Positions 27,235 through 36,738 of a stretch of 64,000 nt of DNA are shown piece after piece (position 1 is the first letter of the stretch; every line of letters starts with the position of its first letter). This DNA comes from a virus, in IMG/VR virus record IMGVR_UViG_3300043446_002688. One strand, 5' to 3'. The notes beneath the pieces are model-generated. The model did not search any database and was not told the origin of the DNA. It saw nothing but the letters and a program-made list of their open reading frames with translations. Made by a program: the position numbers and the translations under genes.

Positions 27235-27479
27235 TGTTTAATTTCTTCAAAAAAAAGGATATAGAAAATGTGGTTGGTAAACAACCACCTTATCCTATAC
27301 TTGACAATTATGCAAAAGAGGCAGGTGCCGTTAGAGACCCTAACGGTTACTATATGTTCACACCATATGAACTGTGGGAATTTACTCTATATATTTTAAG
27401 TGATACTTATGTCATGTGTAAACAAAACCCTGATATCACAAGCAAGGAAGTTATGGATGAATTCAAGGAGCCAATATGA
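27234..27479 (+). CDS. Hypothetical protein
   Basis: Operon-packed ORF. Confidence 0.6.
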   Translation: MFNFFKKKDIENVVGKQPPYPILDNYAKEAGAVRDPNGYYMFTPYELWEFTLYILSDTYVMCKQNPDITSKEVMDEFKEPI

Positions 27480-27745
27480 GTGACCAAGAACAAAAAGATA
27501 AAAGAAGTAAACGCCTGCATAGTGAAGAAGCAGCAATCAAGAAACAACAAAAGATTGCTCTTCAACACGGCATGGACCGTAAAGAAGTTGAGCGTTCACC
27601 TCATAAATTTGCAAAGCACCATGCAATGGATTGTGGAAACCCCGAATGTGGAATGTGCGGCAATCCACGCAAGACACAAAAAGATAAATTAACTGTGCAA
27701 GAAAAATCGTTCAAACAAACTGAAGGTTGGAATAATGTTGAATAG
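27476..27745 (+). CDS. Basic small protein with a putative zinc site
   Basis: DCGNPECGMCGNPR. Confidence 0.7.
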   Translation: MSDQEQKDKRSKRLHSEEAAIKKQQKIALQHGMDRKEVERSPHKFAKHHAMDCGNPECGMCGNPRKTQKDKLTVQEKSFKQTEGWNNVE

Positions 27746-28880
27746 AAACCAAATGGCCTTTGTTAAGGCTGCTGAAGATATGTTTGGTGTTGGTGCGGTG
27801 ATTACCCGTGAAAACATTGAACAAGTTGTTACTAAAAACAAGTTGTCATTCCCTTATTGGATTACAACCAAATCGGAGTTCCGTGTCGGCCGTGGCCAAT
27901 ACAAACTGCCTGTTGTTGGTGCCAAAGTTGTTGAACAAGAACCTGAAATGGAAGTTGCACTATCGGCACAAGTGTTGGAGTTTCGTCAACCAAAATTGAT
28001 TGATGATTCTGATGTATCAATTCCCACAAAATATCCTGATTATGTTCCATTTGGATTTTACAAAGACCTCTCTAATATTATTAACTCTGGTACATTCTAC
28101 CCTGTGTTTATTACTGGCTTGTCAGGTAACGGGAAAACCCTTATGGTTGAGCAAGTATGTGCAACCCTCGGCCGTGAATGTATCCGTGTCAACATCTCAA
28201 TTGAAACTGATGAAACTGACCTATTGGGTGGTCCTACTCTTGTTAATGGCAACGTCGTTAACCGTGATGGTCCTGTTATCACTGCTATGAAGCGTGGTGC
28301 CGTTCTATTGATTGATGAAGTTGACCGTGGTTCTAATAAGTTGATGTGTTTGCAAGGTATCTTAGAAGGCAAACCACACTTCAATAAAAAGTCTGGTGAG
28401 TTGGTTAAACCTGCACCTGGTTTCACTGTGATTGCTACTGCAAACACCAAAGGTCGTGGTAGTGAAGAAGGTAAATACTTGTCACAGATTTTGGATGATG
28501 CGTTCTTGGAACGATTCCCAATTACTGTTGAACAGGAATATCCTGATGCCAAGACAGAGAAAAAGATTCTAACACCTTTGATTAAAGATGCGGAGTTTGT
28601 TGAATGCCTAACACAATGGGCAGATATTGTACGACAAACATTCCAACAAGGTGCTGTTGATGAAATTATCTCCACCCGCCGTTTGGTCCACATTGCCAAG
28701 GCATATTCTATTTTCAAAGATAGAATGAAGGCAATCAAATTGTGTGTGGCTCGTTTTGATGATGAGACTAAAGAAGCATTCATGGACTTGTATTCAAAGG
28801 TTGATGCTAAGGTGAATCCCCCGCCAAAGCCAGCAGAACCTGAAATCCGAGTTACACCAAGCGAAGAAATCCCATTCTAA
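27735..28880 (+). CDS. CobS/MoxR-like AAA+ ATPase
   Basis: TGLSGNGKT, LLIDEVD, ATANTKG, AFLERF, ISTRRL; N-terminal HTH. Confidence 0.88.
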   Translation: MLNRNQMAFVKAAEDMFGVGAVITRENIEQVVTKNKLSFPYWITTKSEFRVGRGQYKLPVVGAKVVEQEPEMEVALSAQVLEFRQPKLIDDSDVSIPTKYPDYVPFGFYKDLSNIINSGTFYPVFITGLSGNGKTLMVEQVCATLGRECIRVNISIETDETDLLGGPTLVNGNVVNRDGPVITAMKRGAVLLIDEVDRGSNKLMCLQGILEGKPHFNKKSGELVKPAPGFTVIATANTKGRGSEEGKYLSQILDDAFLERFPITVEQEYPDAKTEKKILTPLIKDAEFVECLTQWADIVRQTFQQGAVDEIISTRRLVHIAKAYSIFKDRMKAIKLCVARFDDETKEAFMDLYSKVDAKVNPPPKPAEPEIRVTPSEEIPF

Positions 28881-28894
28881 CCTCGCATGGATGG

Positions 28895-28923
28895 TTGCCA
28901 ACATGCCATCCTTGTGATATAAT
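28895..28923 (+). promoter_or_regulatory. Promoter TTGCCA-N17-TATAAT
   Basis: Exact hexamers. Confidence 0.75.
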
Positions 28924-28965
28924 CCATGTTGGAAATTTTATTATTTGATTTTTGGAGGACATAAA

Positions 28966-29280
28966 ATGTCAAAACACACTGGTAAACCTAACCGTCACGA
29001 AAAAGTTGCAGTCACCTTGCTGTCTGGCAAACCTGTTACACCTGATGAAATTCAGGCAGTATTCAAAGGCACAGACCAAGAGAAGGTAATGTATCGTCTA
29101 AGCACCAACATTTACAACATTCGCAAGGATGGCGGCATTGTTAAAGTGATTAAAGATGGTCGTAAGGTTCAGGCATATCAATTGGTGAATTACACCGAGT
29201 TTGATGCAAATGGTCGTTATGTTGGCAAACAAACACCTGCGCCAGTTGCACAAGAAACCAAAGAGACTGAAACAGCATGA
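28966..29280 (+). CDS. Putative winged-helix DNA-binding protein
   Basis: GGAGG RBS; VTPDEIQ...YRLSTNIYNIRKDG...YQL. Confidence 0.6.
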   Translation: MSKHTGKPNRHEKVAVTLLSGKPVTPDEIQAVFKGTDQEKVMYRLSTNIYNIRKDGGIVKVIKDGRKVQAYQLVNYTEFDANGRYVGKQTPAPVAQETKETETA

Positions 29281-29480
29281 GCGAAATGATTGGTAAAATC
29301 GTAATGGCGGTCGGCCTTGTTGCCGGCCTTTCGTTTCTACTTTCGTGGCCAGTTTATATGTTGTGGAACGGGTGCCTTGTTGATGCAGTTGAAGGTGTGA
29401 AAGAAGTCACCTGGTTGCAGGCATGGGGTATCAATCTACTATTCGGTTTCCTGTTCAAAACAAGTGTATCAAACAAATGA
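29277..29480 (+). CDS. Membrane protein
   Basis: Hydrophobic; ITWLQAWG-type motif. Confidence 0.7.
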   Translation: MSEMIGKIVMAVGLVAGLSFLLSWPVYMLWNGCLVDAVEGVKEVTWLQAWGINLLFGFLFKTSVSNK

Positions 29481-29710
29481 ACCAACACGACCGTGACAAT
29501 TTAAATTTTCTGATGAATTGTTCACAGGACAAATTTGATGAGTGGATGGATAATGCAACACCAGATGATGTTGATTATGCATTGGAGTTGTTTCAAAAGG
29601 CCAAATCTGAAACCATATTGATGCAACATGAATTGTTGGATTTTGTGGAATTGGATTTGACCGAAGCCAATAAATTAATTGATAGGATTAAAAATGTGGG
29701 AAAACTTTAA
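29477..29710 (+). CDS. Hypothetical protein (MNQHDRDNL...)
   Basis: ATGA overlap; internal start of the listed ORF. Confidence 0.65.
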   Translation: MNQHDRDNLNFLMNCSQDKFDEWMDNATPDDVDYALELFQKAKSETILMQHELLDFVELDLTEANKLIDRIKNVGKL

Positions 29711-29861
29711 GGAGTGGTTACAAACCACAGACAGTTGCTGGTTCTTCATAGGATACTTCCTATGCGATTTCCTAGACCAGTTGATAAAAGGGAACAACCT
29801 ATCGGCAACCGCCGCATTGGCAATCGTCCTAGGTAACGCCTGGTTAATAAGACAAAAGTAG
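29679..29861 (+). CDS. Small membrane protein
   Basis: Two hydrophobic segments. Confidence 0.5.
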   Translation: MIGLKMWENFKEWLQTTDSCWFFIGYFLCDFLDQLIKGNNLSATAALAIVLGNAWLIRQK

Positions 29862-29864
29862 TAC

Positions 29865-29892
29865 TTGCCAAACCTACCAGATTTGATATAAT
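29865..29892 (+). promoter_or_regulatory. Promoter TTGCCA-N16-TATAAT
   Basis: Exact hexamers. Confidence 0.75.
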
Positions 29893-29919
29893 CCTTTCAT
29901 GTTTGTGAAGGACTTTGTT

Positions 29920-30165
29920 ATGAAATATCTTGCCCTATTAACCTTGCTCGGCCTCACGGCCTGTGGCACTTCTAAAATCCCTGGTTACGATGGACCAAAA
30001 GCAATGGATCGTCCTGCCGTAATTGCAGGCGCTCGTGATTGTATCAATGGTCGTATGAAACCAACGGTACAATATCTATCACAAAAAACAGAACATGGTG
30101 TTGTCCTTGTTCCTGTACAGGTACATTGCGACCCATATTACCAACACAACCAAAAAGGAGAATAA
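29920..30165 (+). CDS. Lipoprotein
   Basis: MKYLALLTLLGLTA-C lipobox. Confidence 0.7.
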   Translation: MKYLALLTLLGLTACGTSKIPGYDGPKAMDRPAVIAGARDCINGRMKPTVQYLSQKTEHGVVLVPVQVHCDPYYQHNQKGE

Positions 30166-30166
30166 T

Positions 30167-30655
30167 ATGTCTCCAGCAATGAACGCTCTTGCTAGTGTTG
30201 GCATCACACATTCAATGATGATTCTTGCCGTACTATTTTTAGTTGCGGCTGTTTGTATTGGAATGTATTGGCATATCATTTTGCCAGGTGCCATTATGAT
30301 TGGTGTTGCTGCTCTGTTTATTTCACCAATGGATTCGACCACACAGGCGAAACCAGAGGTGAAAGAAGAGGTGATGACCGAAGACCAAACAGCATTCATG
30401 GAAGATTGTACCGGTCTTGCGGATTATCCAAAAGACAAGTGTGCCAAGTTATGGCAAGAACGGGTGATTGAAGAAAAGGCATTGGAGAAAATGCAACCAT
30501 TATCTGTTCCTGAAAAAATTACCGAAAATAATGTTGACTTCAAGCCAGTATCTCATGTAGAATTGCTGAATGTTGATAATGTTGAATACAAAGCTCGCCG
30601 TGCAGAAGCATTGAAGAAACCCAATGCTGTTGTATTGCAGGCAACCTATCGTTAA
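30167..30655 (+). CDS. Membrane-anchored hypothetical protein
   Basis: AAGGAG RBS; two N-terminal TM helices. Confidence 0.7.
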   Translation: MSPAMNALASVGITHSMMILAVLFLVAAVCIGMYWHIILPGAIMIGVAALFISPMDSTTQAKPEVKEEVMTEDQTAFMEDCTGLADYPKDKCAKLWQERVIEEKALEKMQPLSVPEKITENNVDFKPVSHVELLNVDNVEYKARRAEALKKPNAVVLQATYR

Positions 30656-30664
30656 GGAGTTATT

Positions 30665-30940
30665 ATGGTTCAAGTTGTAAAGAGTGAGTGGCATCAGGTC
30701 GAAAAGCGATATGATTATGAGCTCGATGAAATATTGTTGAGTGAAATTTATCCCGATTTATCAGAGGATGAAATTGCACAATTACTTCAAAACCTAGAAT
30801 CAGGTGATGCCAGTATTGAAGATATCATTGAAGATGCTTGGGAGAATGATGTGGATATCGAATGGAATTACATGGATGAAGATGATTGGTGGACTGACCG
30901 CAAAGGTGGTTACGAAGTAACTTATGAGGTACAGAAATAA
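30665..30940 (+). CDS. Acidic hypothetical protein
   Basis: AAGGAG RBS. Confidence 0.7.
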   Translation: MVQVVKSEWHQVEKRYDYELDEILLSEIYPDLSEDEIAQLLQNLESGDASIEDIIEDAWENDVDIEWNYMDEDDWWTDRKGGYEVTYEVQK

Positions 30941-31275
30941 TGTTAAAACTTTATCGTGGTATTGTGGATATTCTTACTGAAAGATCCGAAGGTTTGACCT
31001 TGGCATTCAGAAACCATATTCGTGAATTTAATGATGGTGCAACAAACGACAATAATTTTGGTGTGAAAGGTTTTTGGAATCTTTTGCTTGAAATTACATA
31101 TGTGATGTATGTGAAATTGTTTGTTGCTGTTGGTGTCGTATTAACTGTAACTCTTGCTATACTATTCTTTCCTTTGTATGCAATGAGCATGGCTATTAAT
31201 AATATTATGTCGCATCGTGCGCCACCATTTGAACCTGAATATGTTGAACCAACTGTGGAGAAAAAGAATGGCTGA
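30940..31275 (+). CDS. Membrane protein
   Basis: Long hydrophobic segment. Confidence 0.65.
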   Translation: MLKLYRGIVDILTERSEGLTLAFRNHIREFNDGATNDNNFGVKGFWNLLLEITYVMYVKLFVAVGVVLTVTLAILFFPLYAMSMAINNIMSHRAPPFEPEYVEPTVEKKNG

Positions 31276-31648
31276 GTGGAGTGTAAAACCTATATGGAAA
31301 AAATCAATCATTGAACGCCAAGAATGGTTGAAAGGTGACAATCGTTTGATTGTTGAAACTGGTTGGCGTTGGGGTGAATTCACAGTATACACCGATGATG
31401 ACAATCCACCAGAATTGGAACCAGGTGTTGATATGTTCAACTGTGGTTATGAATCTGAAATGGTTGAAACCAGTGATGGTTGTTGGGAAGAACATGACAT
31501 GGACGAATGTGATGATGAAACCCGTGAATGGTTGGAAGAATTCTTGGAAGAAAATTCAGTATTTGACCTTGAAGAAGAAGGTTGGATTCCAGGTGATACT
31601 GAAATGATTATTGATTGTGATATGACTATTGAGCGTGTCGATGCCTGA
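31268..31648 (+). CDS. Acidic conserved hypothetical protein (MAEWSVKP...)
   Basis: Internal start of the listed 31217 ORF. Confidence 0.7.
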   Translation: MAEWSVKPIWKKSIIERQEWLKGDNRLIVETGWRWGEFTVYTDDDNPPELEPGVDMFNCGYESEMVETSDGCWEEHDMDECDDETREWLEEFLEENSVFDLEEEGWIPGDTEMIIDCDMTIERVDA

Positions 31649-32240
31649 CAAACTACAATTTAGTGCCCTTGAAATTGAAAGAATACTTAAAGTGAAGGAT
31701 GTAATAAAATATAATTTACATGACTTCACTTTGACTATTAATAAATTGGGACCACTTTTCATAACAGATTTTTTTGTGAGTGGTGGATGCACAGCCTCAA
31801 TTCTTCAAGGTGAAAAACCAAAAGATTTTGACGTGTATTTCCGCACAAGAAATTTGTGTGACAAAGTGGTTGAATTGTATCAGACGGACTCATATAAAAA
31901 TGAGGTGGCTGTATATGATGAAAAGTATCGTGATGTACCGAATCATCCAAGTGGTTTGTTAATCACCGAGAATGCTATGACATTAAAGAATGGCATTCAG
32001 GTGATTTTTAAACACTATGGTGATCCTGTGAATGTACGAACAACATTTGATTTTGTGCATTGCTTGCCTTATTATGATTCCAGAGATGACAAATTGTATA
32101 TTTCAAGAGAGCAATATGATTGTTGCGTGAACAAAACATTACTTAATAATGGAGGCAATATGCCATCACATTGGAGAGTAGATAAATTTACAAGAAGAGG
32201 TTACAGATATGGCGATAATAAAATCTTCCGGAACACCTGA
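31629..32240 (+). CDS. Pol-beta superfamily nucleotidyltransferase
   Basis: VSGG-x12-DFDVYF, TFDFVHC. Confidence 0.75.
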   Translation: MSVSMPDKLQFSALEIERILKVKDVIKYNLHDFTLTINKLGPLFITDFFVSGGCTASILQGEKPKDFDVYFRTRNLCDKVVELYQTDSYKNEVAVYDEKYRDVPNHPSGLLITENAMTLKNGIQVIFKHYGDPVNVRTTFDFVHCLPYYDSRDDKLYISREQYDCCVNKTLLNNGGNMPSHWRVDKFTRRGYRYGDNKIFRNT

Positions 32241-32628
32241 TTATAAGTTTCAACCAAATCATAGTGTTATCTCCCAATCCACGCCATTGCCAGCAGGCAC
32301 TGGTTCTAATGGTTATATCACCGCATCTAATTGGAGTAATACAATCTTAAATCCAATAGAATATCATATTCAAGGTAAGATGGTTGTCGTTTCTAGAAGT
32401 TATGATTTTTCACATAGGATGAATTCACCTTTAGATGATGATGCATATAATAGTGTTATTAAGAAACAATTGATTGAAGATTTGGTTAATGAACTTTGGA
32501 AAAATAAACATATTGAATTCACAAAAACAGAAGATCCTAGTAATTATGCCTATATGTACCGTGCCAGAGTTTGCACGGTGCCGGATACCCAAGTCCGTAT
32601 ACTAAGGGAACAAGGCTTGCCAAAATAA
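32209..32628 (+). CDS. Hypothetical protein
   Basis: ORF track. Confidence 0.6.
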   Translation: MAIIKSSGTPDYKFQPNHSVISQSTPLPAGTGSNGYITASNWSNTILNPIEYHIQGKMVVVSRSYDFSHRMNSPLDDDAYNSVIKKQLIEDLVNELWKNKHIEFTKTEDPSNYAYMYRARVCTVPDTQVRILREQGLPK

Positions 32629-32645
32629 CCTGGTTGTGTTATAAT
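32617..32645 (+). promoter_or_regulatory. Promoter TTGCCA-N17-TATAAT
   Basis: Exact hexamers. Confidence 0.75.
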
Positions 32646-32666
32646 ATACACATACTGGAGAAGTAG

Positions 32667-33521
32667 ATGAAATTTGCATTATGTTCGGACCTACACTTAG
32701 AGTTTGGTCCTATTGAATTATTGAACACCGAAGGTGCCGAAGTGTTGGTACTTTCTGGTGATATTTGTGTTGCCAAGGATGTGCGTCAGCGTTATGATTC
32801 TAATATCATGGACCACAAAGGCATGAACGTGCGTATCCATGATTTCTTTGACAATGTTTGTTCAGAGTTTGAAAATGTTATCTATGTGATGGGTAACCAC
32901 GAGCACTATCATGGTGATATCACAAAGAGTTATGACCGTTTGCGTGAGCATTTGGGTTACCGCACAAATCTACATATCATGGAAAAAGAATTCATCCGTC
33001 TTGGTGATGTAACATTTGTTTGTGCTACATTGTGGACTGATATGAACAAGGAAGACCCATTGACATTGCAAACTGTCTGGGGTTATATGAACGATTATCG
33101 TATCATTTCCAATGGTGCGATTGTTAGTCATTTCCGTGATAATGATGGCAATTCACAAATACGGGTTGCTGCGTTGGCACCTGATGATACTGTGGTTGAA
33201 CACAAGGCGACCTTGAAGTTTATTGCTGATGTTGTTGATGTTGAACCTACTACCAAGTTTGTGGTTGTTGGCCATCATGCGCCTAGCAAATTGTCTACAA
33301 AACCAAGATATGAAAAAGATGTGCAAGTGAACGGTGCATACAGTTCCGATTTGTCTGAGTTTATTCTGGATCGTCCGCAAATCAAAGTGTGGACACATGG
33401 ACATACACATGACAACTTTGATTATATGATTGGTTCTACCCGTGTGGTTGCTAATCCTCGTGGTTATGATGGTTACGAATCGCAAGCGGATAGATTCAAA
33501 TTGCAATACATAGAGGTTTGA
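32667..33521 (+). CDS. Calcineurin-like metallophosphoesterase
   Basis: SDLHLE, GDI, GNHEHY, GHHAP, HGHTH. Confidence 0.9.
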   Translation: MKFALCSDLHLEFGPIELLNTEGAEVLVLSGDICVAKDVRQRYDSNIMDHKGMNVRIHDFFDNVCSEFENVIYVMGNHEHYHGDITKSYDRLREHLGYRTNLHIMEKEFIRLGDVTFVCATLWTDMNKEDPLTLQTVWGYMNDYRIISNGAIVSHFRDNDGNSQIRVAALAPDDTVVEHKATLKFIADVVDVEPTTKFVVVGHHAPSKLSTKPRYEKDVQVNGAYSSDLSEFILDRPQIKVWTHGHTHDNFDYMIGSTRVVANPRGYDGYESQADRFKLQYIEV

Positions 33522-33522
33522 T

Positions 33523-33783
33523 ATGACTATGCCATACATTCCTATGAAGTTAGTGCCGAAGTTGAAATATATGGACTTCATCACTTATCTGCTTTTGAAC
33601 ATTGAATGGAATAAACAGATTCGTGATGAATCTTTCAATGATTTTGATAAACGATGGAAACAAGGTCAGATTGATATGTTACAAACCATCATTGATGAAA
33701 TGTTGGGTATTGAATATGACCACATGGAAAAAATCGTACTGTTGATGGAAGAAATTCACGAGGCTTTTAATGAGAAACAGTGA
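33523..33783 (+). CDS. Hypothetical protein
   Basis: GAGG RBS. Confidence 0.6.
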   Translation: MTMPYIPMKLVPKLKYMDFITYLLLNIEWNKQIRDESFNDFDKRWKQGQIDMLQTIIDEMLGIEYDHMEKIVLLMEEIHEAFNEKQ

Positions 33784-34114
33784 TGTTCAACGAATGATTG
33801 ATATGACAACAGAAGGATTGAAAATGGAAAAGAAACTATATTTGGTTGAAGTTGCGTCCACATTCCGTATGCGGTATGTTGTTGAAGCTCGTGAAGAAAG
33901 TCATGCGCTCGATGAGGTGGTGTGCCGTGAATCTGATACAGAGTTCAAAGAATTCTCACAAGAGCATATTGGCACACACATCTTTTCTTCCCGTGAATTG
34001 TCGGCCACAGATTTTATGGAATTGTTTGCTAAAGATAATGATTATTTGGCAGAATGGCCTATTGCAAAGAAAATGAATTACATCAATACGATTGATTACA
34101 AGGATGAAGAATGA
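33770..34114 (+). CDS. Hypothetical protein
   Basis: Operon-packed ORF. Confidence 0.7.
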   Translation: MRNSDVQRMIDMTTEGLKMEKKLYLVEVASTFRMRYVVEAREESHALDEVVCRESDTEFKEFSQEHIGTHIFSSRELSATDFMELFAKDNDYLAEWPIAKKMNYINTIDYKDEE

Positions 34115-34971
34115 GTAAAAAGATTTTGATTACTGGTGGTGCAGGTTATATCGGCAAACACCTCGCAACATTTTTGGTTTCTCGTAACTATACTGTTGAT
34201 GTGATTGACCGAAAATCAAACGATGGTGATTTGTGTCCATGGGTGAAATACATTCAACAAGATATCTTGGACAACAAACGCCTTGATGATGCATATGATA
34301 CTGTCATTCATTTGGCTGCATTGGTGCAAGTTGGTGGTGGCCAGATGGCCGCCATGGATTACTACCGCACCAATGTGGTTGGCACTATGAATATGTTGGA
34401 ACGAGTTGACTATGATAATTTTATCTTTGCATCAACTTGCCAAGCAAACGAAGCCCATGTTTATGGTCACACCAAGCATATTGCAGAAGGTATCGTTCGT
34501 CAATATTGTGGACTAAACAATAAGAAACACACCATCTTCCGTTTTGGTAATGTTGTTGGTCGTGATTATGATTATAATCCAACCAATACTGACGGTTTGA
34601 TGTATAATCTAATGCAGGCCAAAGAAACAGGTGTTTTTAATCTGTATGGTAATGATTATAACACATTTGACGGCACAGCATTGCGTGACTACATTCATGT
34701 AATGGAAGTTTGTTATGCAATAGAAAAGGCAATCAACCGAGCAAGTTGTGTACCTGCGGCTGAGATTCAACCAGTCTTTGAATATCTTGGCCGTGCTATG
34801 CCTGTTTCTGTTATGGATTGTGTTAATGCGTTTAAGAAGGCAAATGAATGTGATTTTGAAGTTGTTGTGAAACCACGCCGTGTTGGTGATAAGGGTGAAA
34901 CAAAAACATACATAGTTTCTCCTTATATGCCACAAAACAAATTTACAGTTGAAGAAATGATGAAGATATGA
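34111..34971 (+). CDS. NAD-dependent epimerase/dehydratase (GalE-like)
   Basis: TGGAGYIG, VIHLAA, YGHTK (YxxxK), RFGNVVG, LRDYIHV. Confidence 0.9.
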   Translation: MSKKILITGGAGYIGKHLATFLVSRNYTVDVIDRKSNDGDLCPWVKYIQQDILDNKRLDDAYDTVIHLAALVQVGGGQMAAMDYYRTNVVGTMNMLERVDYDNFIFASTCQANEAHVYGHTKHIAEGIVRQYCGLNNKKHTIFRFGNVVGRDYDYNPTNTDGLMYNLMQAKETGVFNLYGNDYNTFDGTALRDYIHVMEVCYAIEKAINRASCVPAAEIQPVFEYLGRAMPVSVMDCVNAFKKANECDFEVVVKPRRVGDKGETKTYIVSPYMPQNKFTVEEMMKI

Positions 34972-35570
34972 AAATCTATAAATCAAATTATCGTAACCAC
35001 TGGCTTTCTCCATATACAATCTTGGAGAAAGTATTTTTCTGGAAAGAAATTGACTTTGATGATCCGTTCATTGAGAAATGGGCAGACCGTTTAATGCCGT
35101 TCTGCCAAGTATGGCAAAAGGTGTTTGATTTCATTCGTCCACAAATCAATTATGTGAAAATTAACCATTACGATACATGGTCAATGGACCACACCTTGGC
35201 TGATATTATTCTTCCAATGTTGAAACAACTAAAGGCGACCAAACACGGTTCACCTGCTGTTGATGATGAAGATGTACCGTTTGAATTGCGTTCATACTGT
35301 GCATGGCCTGTTGAATCGTGGGAAACTGATACTAACTGGCACAAGCGTTGGGAATATGTCCTCGATGAAATGATTTGGGCATTTGAACAAAAAGTAAATG
35401 GTGATGATGAATCTCCATACTTTGACCATGGCGAAAACTGGGACACTAAACCTTGGGACAAAGATTATGAACCACCAAAAATTGATTGGGCTGGTTTGAA
35501 AGCACATCAAGAACGCCGTGCAAATGGATTCCGTTTGTTTGGTAAATATTACGAAGGACTGTGGGACTAA
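34968..35570 (+). CDS. Conserved phage hypothetical protein
   Basis: DTWSMDHTLA..ILPMLKQL, WEYVLDEMIWAF, GFRLFGKYYEGLWD. Confidence 0.8.
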   Translation: MKIYKSNYRNHWLSPYTILEKVFFWKEIDFDDPFIEKWADRLMPFCQVWQKVFDFIRPQINYVKINHYDTWSMDHTLADIILPMLKQLKATKHGSPAVDDEDVPFELRSYCAWPVESWETDTNWHKRWEYVLDEMIWAFEQKVNGDDESPYFDHGENWDTKPWDKDYEPPKIDWAGLKAHQERRANGFRLFGKYYEGLWD

Positions 35571-35743
35571 TGAAACTATACTTGCGTTATTGGTGGAAAG
35601 TGTGGGCAAAGGCCTTAGGTGAAAAGGCACACCACAACGACAAGTTTGCCGACCGGGTGGCTATCATTAGGACAATAATTGTGTTATCATACTTGGTCAC
35701 AAACGGTTTTATTATTGCAGGCGTCATACGCCATTGGGGTTGA
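35570..35743 (+). CDS. Small membrane protein
   Basis: WAKALGEKA...IAGVIRHW. Confidence 0.65.
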   Translation: MKLYLRYWWKVWAKALGEKAHHNDKFADRVAIIRTIIVLSYLVTNGFIIAGVIRHWG

Positions 35744-35744
35744 T

Positions 35745-35999
35745 ATGTTATGTTATCTTGATTATATTTCGGCTTGCAGGCGCCTGCATGAGGTTGAAAA
35801 GACTGTCGCCATGTTGAAAACGGAGAAGTATTCTGAACGTGATGTACCTGTTCAGGTACTTGCACAACGAGACTTCATTAAGAAGGAAAAAGAATACTAT
35901 GGTGAAGAATGTGTCAAATGGAATTTCATTCTATTCATGTTATTCTGGATTGGTCTTTTTGCTTGGGTTTTTGCACATAAAGTTTTAGGAGTATTTTGA
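35745..35999 (+). CDS. Hypothetical protein with a C-terminal TM helix
   Basis: Internal start of the listed ORF. Confidence 0.55.
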   Translation: MLCYLDYISACRRLHEVEKTVAMLKTEKYSERDVPVQVLAQRDFIKKEKEYYGEECVKWNFILFMLFWIGLFAWVFAHKVLGVF

Positions 36000-36253
36000 T
36001 GTTTGACAAATTTAAGGTGTTCGTAAGTAATTCGGTGTTGAGAAACATTATGGATTTTACCATTTTAATTGCCGTTTTATACTTTTTCTTTTTTATGCAA
36101 CCTGTACAGAAAGAAAACCCAGCATTAAAAGAATACAAAGATGGTATTCAAAATCACCTGACCTGGTCAATCAAAGGTGAATGTTTTTTTGTACGACCGA
36201 ACGATGATGTGACCGTATACTTGGTGCGTGTCCCTGATTGTGATAGAAAATAA
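35996..36253 (+). CDS. Membrane-anchored hypothetical protein
   Basis: GGAG RBS, TM helix. Confidence 0.65.
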   Translation: MMFDKFKVFVSNSVLRNIMDFTILIAVLYFFFFMQPVQKENPALKEYKDGIQNHLTWSIKGECFFVRPNDDVTVYLVRVPDCDRK

Positions 36254-36262
36254 GGAGTAATT

Positions 36263-36430
36263 GTGAAAACGGATAAGAACTTCAAGTTCCCCCAAAAATA
36301 TAAATTATTGGTGCGCCTAACTAAAGGTTCAGACGAACTAAGGTCGTTATGGAAAAAGTCCTTCATCGAAGCCACATTGGCCGAAGAAGATTATCGAAAA
36401 GCAAAAATCAGTAAAGAAAAGAGAGATTGA
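36263..36430 (+). CDS. Small basic protein, 55 aa (GTG start)
   Basis: AAGGAG RBS; read by hand. Confidence 0.6.
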   Translation: MKTDKNFKFPQKYKLLVRLTKGSDELRSLWKKSFIEATLAEEDYRKAKISKEKRD

Positions 36431-36432
36431 TT

Positions 36433-36738
36433 ATGGCATTATTTGTAGAAGTTGATTCAACTGAAAAAAATTGTCCTGTTATTATTAACTTGGACCATAT
36501 TGTAGAGATTGCACCGTTGGTTGATGGTGGTTGCGTATTGTTTATGATGGATGGTGCAGGTGTTAACTCACGCCATGGATTGAAGGTTAAAAATGGTTAT
36601 GATTCTTTCAAACAATTTGCAATGCAAACTGTAACAGCAGAAGATATTGCACGCCGTTTCCCTAAGGTATCGAAAGACGAAGCACCAGCAAAGAAAAAAA
36701 CACCTGTTGATGCACCTTTAGATATTCCTAAACTGTAA
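36433..36738 (+). CDS. Hypothetical protein
   Basis: PVIINLDHIVEI pattern. Confidence 0.7.
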   Translation: MALFVEVDSTEKNCPVIINLDHIVEIAPLVDGGCVLFMMDGAGVNSRHGLKVKNGYDSFKQFAMQTVTAEDIARRFPKVSKDEAPAKKKTPVDAPLDIPKL

